A DNA stretch of 25,162 bases from a virus (taxonomy: Duplodnaviria; Caudoviricetes). The position numbers and the translations under genes are program-made. This document shows, piece by piece, positions 15,913 through 23,500 of this stretch. Below the pieces are notes generated by a model. The model was not told where the DNA came from and did not search any database. It saw only the letters and a list, made by a program, of their open reading frames with translations. The stretch is from positions 1-25,162 of the IMG/VR virus record IMGVR_UViG_3300023262_000007; one strand, 5' to 3'. Within the stretch, counting starts at the first letter, position 1; the number at the start of each line of letters is the position of its first letter.

Positions 15913-16158
15913 TTAAAGATAGGATTCTCCCGTGTAGGTGTTGCTGGCGATTACAATATGGTCGGGTTTCGGCTTCTCGCTCATAATAATGCTCTGATTC
16001 TTGAATTTGAATCCAGGCTTTCGGATCTCACTAACGTAATCCGTGAGCATATTAATTCTTACTTGGTGATAGTCTACCATAGATTTGAGAACAATCTGCT
16101 GGTTCTCGTGAACGGAAATAAGTCTTCTGATGCGGTCTTCGTCACGACATGGCTTCAT
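15913..16158 (-). CDS. Hypothetical protein
   Basis: ATGA overlap; last gene before the intergenic gap. Confidence 0.55.
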   Translation of the reverse strand: MKPCRDEDRIRRLISVHENQQIVLKSMVDYHQVRINMLTDYVSEIRKPGFKFKNQSIIMSEKPKPDHIVIASNTYTGESYL

Positions 16159-16406
16159 CCTTTGATTTTTAGTCCGTGCATTAAGTCTAACCAGGGGAAG
16201 GTTCTTTCAGCCCACACTTTAGATACTCGACATTTCTTCCTTATATAGGTTATTGTCCACGCTTTCCATTCTGCGTGTTGAGCTTCGGTCTGGGTGTATT
16301 TATTATACCAACCTTCTTCGTGTCCTATATCCTCAATCTTCACATTGTGATGTTCGAGTTGCTTATTAATAACCTCGTTATATTCTTCTTTAGTTAGGTG
16401 TCTCAT
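16155..16406 (-). CDS. Hypothetical protein
   Basis: 83 aa; ATGA overlaps. Confidence 0.65.
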   Translation of the reverse strand: MRHLTKEEYNEVINKQLEHHNVKIEDIGHEEGWYNKYTQTEAQHAEWKAWTITYIRKKCRVSKVWAERTFPWLDLMHGLKIKG

Positions 16407-17086
16407 TTGCCTTGTCTGGTTAATCTTCTTCTAACTGGGTCTAAATATATTCCGAAGCTTAGTTTAGCGTATAACTCATTATGATAAGTGTTGTACTCCC
16501 CACCTAAACTGATAATGAAATAGTCCTTAATAGAATAACCAACCATCAAATCAGCATTTGGCATCTTGGATAAACTGTTACCTATTACGCTTCCCTGAAG
16601 TAGCCAATGGTTTACGGGTCGGTATTGTGGGAGTTTAGCGATGCAGGTGTCTATTTGTTTGGTTTGAATAGAAATTCTTTTTGGTAGGACAGCGTTAGAT
16701 ATTTCCATATCTTCCAGCCAGCAATCTTTGATAGTATAGGTGGCAAGGAAACGCCACGTTTCGCCTTCTTTTGTGAACCGAACTGGGATTGAATATTTAG
16801 CTGAACAAGCTTTCGCCACTTGGCTCTCTGTTGGGGGTGTTGCTGGCTCATGGTAGATAGGTTTGGATTTTATGAAGATAGTATCATATATAAATACAGA
16901 GTCGTGAATTATCACTTCAGTAGATGGAGCGGTTCGGCATTCATCCCGTTCCAATAAAGCAACCTCTTTGAGTTTACGTTCTTTGGCTCTACCAAATGAC
17001 TGGATTACCAATCCCGTAGATGTTCCTAGAATCAAAATCAATCCTATGACAACTACAACCTTCCAAATGAAACTCAATCCGCTCAT
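16403..17086 (-). CDS. Membrane-anchored lysis-associated (spanin-like) protein
   Basis: N-terminal TM, HDSVFIYDTIF segment, C-terminal amphipathic beta-strands; lies in the lysis block. Confidence 0.5.
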   Translation of the reverse strand: MSGLSFIWKVVVVIGLILILGTSTGLVIQSFGRAKERKLKEVALLERDECRTAPSTEVIIHDSVFIYDTIFIKSKPIYHEPATPPTESQVAKACSAKYSIPVRFTKEGETWRFLATYTIKDCWLEDMEISNAVLPKRISIQTKQIDTCIAKLPQYRPVNHWLLQGSVIGNSLSKMPNADLMVGYSIKDYFIISLGGEYNTYHNELYAKLSFGIYLDPVRRRLTRQGK

Positions 17087-18066
17087 ACTATTTTCCCTTT
17101 CACTATTCTGTGATTGTGTACCGTAAAGTTCCCATCCTTTTCAAGTTCAATCTCCGCAAATCCATTATTCCACCTGTTCAAAGGTCTGTATTTAGGATGA
17201 AGCCCACAACAGCAACCCACACTCCAACAAGTGATAACCTTACCATCTATGTCCGTTTCTGTATGCTCTGAGGTAGCGTGAAAGTGTCCTTCTATTGCAC
17301 AGGCTTTAGCTTTTAAGAATAGGTTTCTCGCAGCATTGACAGGGGTGTTAATTGAGTTGCCGTACTCATCCCCGTGAACTGAATTGATCTTACCTATCTT
17401 TATTACTCTCTTATCTCCTACATAAGTAACCCCCAATTCTTCGCACTTAAATAGAAACTCAAGTTTAAATTCTTCTGTATCGAATATCTCTGGAGCTTTA
17501 CTCATTAGGTAGTTCTCGTACCTACGCTCGTGGTTTCCCTCTTGCCAGATTACTTTAGCATTAGGCATATAATGATCTATCACATCTAAGAACTGCCAGA
17601 ACATCTCTCTCTCCAGTTGGAAGGTGGACAGGTTAGGCTCGTGTGAAAACCAACTCAAAGAATAGAAATCAACCACATCACCACCCAATAGAACAGTATT
17701 AGCTCCGTGATCCTTGCCATATTGTAAAGCCAATTCTAGAATGTTGTTATCATGGAAGGGGAAGTGAATATCAAATAAACAAAGAATCTTATTGTTAACC
17801 TTTGGCATCTCATACCTTACGTACTCTTTGCAGATACTTTCAGGTAATTCACACGCTCCGATTAGCTTACTAGATGGATCTTTACATAAATGCCTCCTAC
17901 CCGTCTTACCCGTATGATAACGAATCATTGACCTCGCTTCTTCAACGTCTTTAAATAGTAAAGCATTCTCTGAATAGATTTTTCTGGCTAGTGAAAGTTT
18001 AGGTGTGTGGGAGAATCGTTCTATATACGATCTGACCAGAATCCCTTTATCTGTTACTACCTTCAT
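17083..18066 (-). CDS. Calcineurin-like metallophosphoesterase with N-terminal helical domain
   Basis: DIH, GD..D, GNHE, HGD and GHFH motifs. Confidence 0.9.
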   Translation of the reverse strand: MKVVTDKGILVRSYIERFSHTPKLSLARKIYSENALLFKDVEEARSMIRYHTGKTGRRHLCKDPSSKLIGACELPESICKEYVRYEMPKVNNKILCLFDIHFPFHDNNILELALQYGKDHGANTVLLGGDVVDFYSLSWFSHEPNLSTFQLEREMFWQFLDVIDHYMPNAKVIWQEGNHERRYENYLMSKAPEIFDTEEFKLEFLFKCEELGVTYVGDKRVIKIGKINSVHGDEYGNSINTPVNAARNLFLKAKACAIEGHFHATSEHTETDIDGKVITCWSVGCCCGLHPKYRPLNRWNNGFAEIELEKDGNFTVHNHRIVKGKIV

Positions 18067-18491
18067 TATCCTATTTTAAGTAACTGCCTTCTGTTTCTAG
18101 ATGGGTCAAAGGACAAATGCACCCATGATAAATTAAATTCATCTATACATTGATCGAAAGGAAGATCCAGCATTATTAAAGTATTAATGATCTCCCCGTT
18201 GTCCATTTGGTTATCTCTAACGTACTTTAAATCCACAGCCATCCCTGTCATGTGTTGGGATCGACCAGCCCCGCCAGCCTTCTTATTTACTCTTGGACAT
18301 CTATAACCTGACGAGATAACAAACTTTCCACCGTACATGAAATCCATCAACGGCTTGATTAGGTTCTCGTGTAGTTCTTTAAGGTTCTCAATGATGTGAT
18401 CGGGTGGTTGGAATTGTTCTTCATAGCCATTCCTTGCACCTATCTGAGAATCTAAATAGTCGTGTAGGACAAACTCATTTGATGTAGTCAT
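18066..18491 (-). CDS. Endolysin, peptidase M15A family
   Basis: SSGYRC..VN..AGGA..SQH..G.AVD...WVHLS; start probably MTTSNEF (18491). Confidence 0.88.
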   Translation of the reverse strand: MTTSNEFVLHDYLDSQIGARNGYEEQFQPPDHIIENLKELHENLIKPLMDFMYGGKFVISSGYRCPRVNKKAGGAGRSQHMTGMAVDLKYVRDNQMDNGEIINTLIMLDLPFDQCIDEFNLSWVHLSFDPSRNRRQLLKIG

Positions 18492-18774
18492 AGATTTGAT
18501 CCCTCTTAAAAGGTTTGCGAATATAGTCATTCCACCCGTGATTTTCTCCTGTTGATACTAATACGATCTTAGCTTTTGTTTTCTTATGGAGCTGATGCAA
18601 ATAAAGCATCCCTCCGAGTCCAGGAAACCAAACATCTGTAAAGATTAAATCAAAGTCTTTACACTTAGCTAAAACTTCGGTTGAATGTTTGGCTTCCCTT
18701 ATCCAATGACCTGTGTAGATACGTTTAATTAGTTCCCTTTGATCTGCATTCTGGTCGGCAATCAGTATCCTCAT
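18475..18774 (-). CDS. Stand-alone response-regulator receiver (CheY-like) domain
   Basis: MRILIAD, DLIFTD(47)VWFPGLGG, IVLVS(74), DYIRK(87)PF. Confidence 0.82.
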   Translation of the reverse strand: MRILIADQNADQRELIKRIYTGHWIREAKHSTEVLAKCKDFDLIFTDVWFPGLGGMLYLHQLHKKTKAKIVLVSTGENHGWNDYIRKPFKRDQIYDYIK

Positions 18775-19005
18775 TTACTCGGTCTTTTGAGCTTCGATCT
18801 GTGCTGGGGTTTTCCGTGAGCCATCTGCATTTCTACCCTGTAAAGCTCCGATAATAGCTATTGATACCGCTTCAAGAATAACTGCAATCACTAATACCCA
18901 TCCTGGTAATGTAATTGATCCTGTTGCAAGTACTCCGATAATCGCTGTTGCAATACCAGCTACAACTCCGCAAATGGTAGTAACTGTGTCTTTAAAATTA
19001 CTCAT
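18775..19005 (-). CDS. Holin-like protein (2 TM)
   Basis: 76 aa, two hydrophobic helices and a charged C-terminus; near the endolysin. Confidence 0.65.
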   Translation of the reverse strand: MSNFKDTVTTICGVVAGIATAIIGVLATGSITLPGWVLVIAVILEAVSIAIIGALQGRNADGSRKTPAQIEAQKTE

Positions 19006-19008
19006 AAC

Positions 19009-19221
19009 TTACTTGTTTTTGTTAATACTTCGTCTCTCTTTTATTTTATGACAGATATTTATTGCCGTTAATACACCAACGATAATACTTATTAAAAAAG
19101 CACCTACCTGAAAAAAGAACACGATTTCATCTTTCGTTTCGTGGGTAAATGTAGGGATCATGCCTAATATGAAAGATCCGATTGTGCTTGTAGCTCCTGT
19201 AGTGATGTCTAGTCGTATCAT
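19009..19221 (-). CDS. Holin/antiholin-like membrane protein
   Basis: 70 aa; hydrophobic segments and a basic C-terminus. Confidence 0.55.
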   Translation of the reverse strand: MIRLDITTGATSTIGSFILGMIPTFTHETKDEIVFFFQVGAFLISIIVGVLTAINICHKIKERRSINKNK

Positions 19222-19227
19222 GGTAGT

Positions 19228-19707
19228 TTATTTTAGTCGTGTGCATCCCCTCATGGGTATATAAATAGATCCGTTTGTATACTGAACAGTAATATAATTA
19301 AGCGTATTAGGTGGAATTAATTGCACCACCTCGCATTGGCTTGTGAAGTCTAATGTAGAAGATCCGTAAACCTCGAAGTAAAGCTGTGCTATTGTCCCGT
19401 CAAATGTCCATGTATTCCATACTATCCCACCACCTGAAACCGAAGGAGTAGCTGTCCATATTAAGATTATATGGCCACCCTGGTTTCCGATCATCATATC
19501 AGGTTGAGATAATTCAGAACCACAAAACTTCAGCACAGTTGGGTCGAAATCTATGTAGATAGACAACGCTCCAATCTCCACCCAATTTGCTACATTTACG
19601 GGTATGATAACGGTTTCTTTTGGCATCGCCTGTAACTCAGGTATCGAAGCCGTCTGGCTGAATCCTATCGTGGACAGGAGCATCAGCAAAATGATTAGCT
19701 TCTTCAT
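19228..19707 (-). CDS. Secreted cohesin-like domain protein
   Basis: Start MKKLII (ATGA overlap); Sec signal ending GFS|Q; VIIPVNV...IGALSIYIDFDPTVLKF...GTIAQLYF cohesin-like pattern. Confidence 0.62.
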   Translation of the reverse strand: MKKLIILLMLLSTIGFSQTASIPELQAMPKETVIIPVNVANWVEIGALSIYIDFDPTVLKFCGSELSQPDMMIGNQGGHIILIWTATPSVSGGGIVWNTWTFDGTIAQLYFEVYGSSTLDFTSQCEVVQLIPPNTLNYITVQYTNGSIYIPMRGCTRLK

Positions 19708-20555
19708 GGTTTGTATATTCGTATCCAATCCACGTATGCGGAGGTTGGAAACATTATTGCCTTATTGGAATCGTTTATTAAGGTTGTATCGCAATTGCTG
19801 TATATTTGATTTTCTATCATAAAGTAAATAGGTTCTACGTTTAATCCTACTTCGTTTATTGTCCATATCGCTACGTTATCAAGGTAGATTGTCATACTGT
19901 TTGGCAGTACCAATGCTGAATAAATATGGAATTTATCAGACAGGTCAACGGGAAAGGTAAATTTCTTAGTGTGGGTCATTACGTGCTTGCCATCAACTAT
20001 CCTATGTATTGAACTTGTAAATGCCTTACTGTCAGTACATTCAAATTCGTGAAAATCCGATTCAGGAAGCCAACCATTTGGACTATAGCTTACTAACGCA
20101 GTCCAATACGTACCACCTCTAGGAGCAACCTTCATCCGTGCTGAAACAAATACAGGTGCATCGTAGTTCTTGATTGTAGCAATCGAACTGCCGACAACTC
20201 CACAAGACTCAGGGTGCTTATTTAAATCAGTTACTAATGCTATCGTCCCGTTCACCCATTTAGCCTGTTCAGCGTTGCTCTCAAAGTAGTTTCTAGGATC
20301 ATTTGCAGGGACAGGACTACCGTCAGGATTGTACATTCCCCCTGCCCTACGATGGACATGATTCACTCCCCATACTGCACAAGTATTTAAATCCTTATTA
20401 GGCGGTCTGTCAGCCTCTGTAGCGAACTCGTATCTATCAGCTATAATAAACCCCGTTGGAGGCTTATCATTCGTTGGAGGGTTCACCAGCACGTTTATCG
20501 GCACAGGACTACACCCAACCAAAAAAATCAATAATATGAATAGTATGTTTCTCAT
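19704..20555 (-). CDS. Glycoside hydrolase family 16 lipoprotein
   Basis: Lipobox LVG|C; YWTAL...WLPESDFHE (ExDxxE), FHIYSA.V.PNSMTIYLD and YVDWIRIY. Confidence 0.78.
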   Translation of the reverse strand: MRNILFILLIFLVGCSPVPINVLVNPPTNDKPPTGFIIADRYEFATEADRPPNKDLNTCAVWGVNHVHRRAGGMYNPDGSPVPANDPRNYFESNAEQAKWVNGTIALVTDLNKHPESCGVVGSSIATIKNYDAPVFVSARMKVAPRGGTYWTALVSYSPNGWLPESDFHEFECTDSKAFTSSIHRIVDGKHVMTHTKKFTFPVDLSDKFHIYSALVLPNSMTIYLDNVAIWTINEVGLNVEPIYFMIENQIYSNCDTTLINDSNKAIMFPTSAYVDWIRIYKP

Positions 20556-23500
20556 TAGTTATCGCTCCTACTCCTCTCATACCAATTAGAAAGTTCTTCA
20601 ACCCACTTCAGTACTATCTCATCACCTTTGCCACCTACCCACGTCACTCCCTCGTCAAGTTTCACATTGTCGCCCTGATCTAGCGTTATCGTATAGTTGT
20701 TTTTAAAGCTAGTAATAGATATAATTTGCCCGTCATATTGACCATTCCCTATCTGCTTGTACCCTGCCACGAAGTCTATCGCAGTTGGTGAGTTATAATA
20801 TATCGAAGATGCTAACGCTGCTCTCGGTATCCCCGTAGTGTCATTAACCGTATATGTATCCGTTGCTGTTCCCCCTGTTGTGATTGTGGAGATTCGGTAT
20901 TGCTCCTTTATCGCTTCTGTAATTACAGGAATAACTTGACTATATGCCATTGAATATGTATCATTAACCGAATCGTATAAAACAGCCTCTGGGATAATTG
21001 GCTCAACTTCCTGTGCAATATATCCAATCTGCTTTTTCTTTGTTGTGGTTGTATTTGTTCCTGTTCCAACCTTTGTTTTCCAAACGAACATAATGCCGTT
21101 TAATGCCTGTATCTTACCTAACGTATTCCGTAATGGCTTAATTTTCTCTTTCATTGTACTGTCTGAAGCATGAACCCATCCTGACGTAGTGTAAGTGCCT
21201 ATACTTGTACCATTATCTACTGTTAATAATTGACTCGGCGAAACAGTCCCTATGCCTACGTTGCCTGAACCTAAAACAGTCATTCGTACCGTATTATTTG
21301 TAGCAAAGTATAGAGGTGCATTAGATATCCCACGAAAGAAGAATCCCGTACTATTTCCCCATGACATTTCTGTCAATCCCGCCCTTGTAATTCCAGATGA
21401 CGTGCCAGCATGTGTCGAACCATAAGCTGCTAATAGAATGTAGTTATTCTGTGTCCCAATGTTTCTTATTACGGCAGCTGCAGATTTGTCATTACTTGAA
21501 CTTATAGAATAAATGGAGGTATTCTCTGCTGATATTGCTTCAAGGAATCTTCCCACTATCGTATTCTCTGGCATATTACTTACAACCGCACCACTCACCG
21601 TTCCATCAATCCCGTTACCGCTCTGGTCGTACCACGTTGCTGTTGACATCCCCGCTGGGTCAAGCGATAGGACTTCGCCTATTCTTATTACTACTGAACT
21701 GTTTGTCCATGTGGTGGGTGTGGTTCCCGTAGCAGTAAATTCATTGCCATCCACATTAGTACCACCTATATTGGTAAAGTCATCATTCGTTATCCAGTCT
21801 ACTATTCTATATTGTTTCCCAATCGTAAGTGTCCCGCTTGTTAGTTCCGCATTACTCGCCCCCGTATATTTATAAGGAGTCGCACCGCCCTCCGATAACG
21901 CAAGTACCTCCGAGGCGGATAAGGCCATGTTCCAATAACTGAATGAGTAGATTGATCCAGCGAATGGATAGGATGTTCCATTTTGGGAAATTCCAACATA
22001 TTTAATACCTGTTGATGCAATACTTCCTGTAAGTGAAGTCGGGTCTTCCTGTGTCCCGTATGTCTCCTCTTTTCCGTCAAGGTAAATCTTTAACCCTGTC
22101 GCACTACTTCTATCAATCGTTCCCGCTACTGAATGAACCAACCCATCTGCACCTACATCCGTTGTCCCTTCGGCATACTTCGCAACATTATTCTCCTTTA
22201 TGTATAGTCTTAGCAATCCACCATTTCCTATTATTATCTCTTGCCTGTCATTAGTCGTACCGTCCAACACATCAAAGATGAAATTATAATCTGCATCATT
22301 TCCCGTATTCTTGAATCTTACAAAATAGCTGCCATCTCCCGTTCCCAAATCAAGTTCCGTATCCGTTCCTAACGAAATATTATCGTTAGTCCCATCGAGC
22401 CACATACCCTTGCCATCTGCTACCGTGTTGTTGATCTCTTGGTGGTTGATTACTTTCTTACTGTTTTCGTAGAGGGATTTAGTGGCAGGGTCAAAGTTTA
22501 AGCCGTTGTAGTTTGTGGCCTGATACTCTCCAGCCGTTTCATTCCACACTGCCATTTCATTTGTGGTATCACCATCTGCAATGTTTCCACTTGTGGCAGC
22601 ACCTACCTCTGTGCCGTTCCAAAACAGATCACCCGAAACATTGTACAATCTATCTGTTGTCGGTGATGGTGCAGCCGCTTGGTCAAATTCAATGTAATCC
22701 GAAAAGTTCGCCCGACCAGCAACAGATAAGGCGGTACCGTCTTGACTTGTGGCATACAAAGCGATACCAGCACTTGAATCAGATTGCGCCCATACTCCGT
22801 AAGCACCGCCTCCATCTTCCTCTCCGTGAGCGTAAACTGCATATCCGGTTCCATCACCGGGAACCCCTGTAATCTCAAAGTAACCGCCAATGGAATTATC
22901 GCCAGAGGATATGCCAATAATTGCCGTTTCTTCATCCTCTCCAATCACTTCCAGCCTTGCATTGGGTGTGTATGAATTTATACCCATGCTCCCCGGTGTC
23001 GGGTCCCATATTAAGTGCTTTCCGTATGCCGGTTCCCAACTATCACCATCCCAATATAACATCTCTCCGATTGAATCGCCAACCGCTACGGGTATCCGTG
23101 ATCGGCGGTAAATTATTCCTGTTACCGTGTCAATCATTACCATTTTTTCCAATGTTGACGTATATGGAATATCTTTATCTACACTATCTATTTCGGAACG
23201 CAAAAAGTGCTTGCCGGCGACCCAATTCAATAGATTGTCATGGTTGATCTTTGTTTCATCTACATCAATGGAAAACGCTTGCAATGCAGCACCGGTTGGA
23301 GTGCCTGCTAGTGTAATTTTGGTCGAACCGACTGTTACGTTGGCCGGTGTAACCAGTGCAACATCCTCTTTTGCATAAAACTCCCCGGTCAATGGATTAA
23401 AGCCAACGGAAGTATCGCCTGTTGCAACTGCCAAATCCGGTGCAAAGACTGAACCACCGTTAAACTCATGGCGAGTAACACTGCTATTCCCATAAACAAA

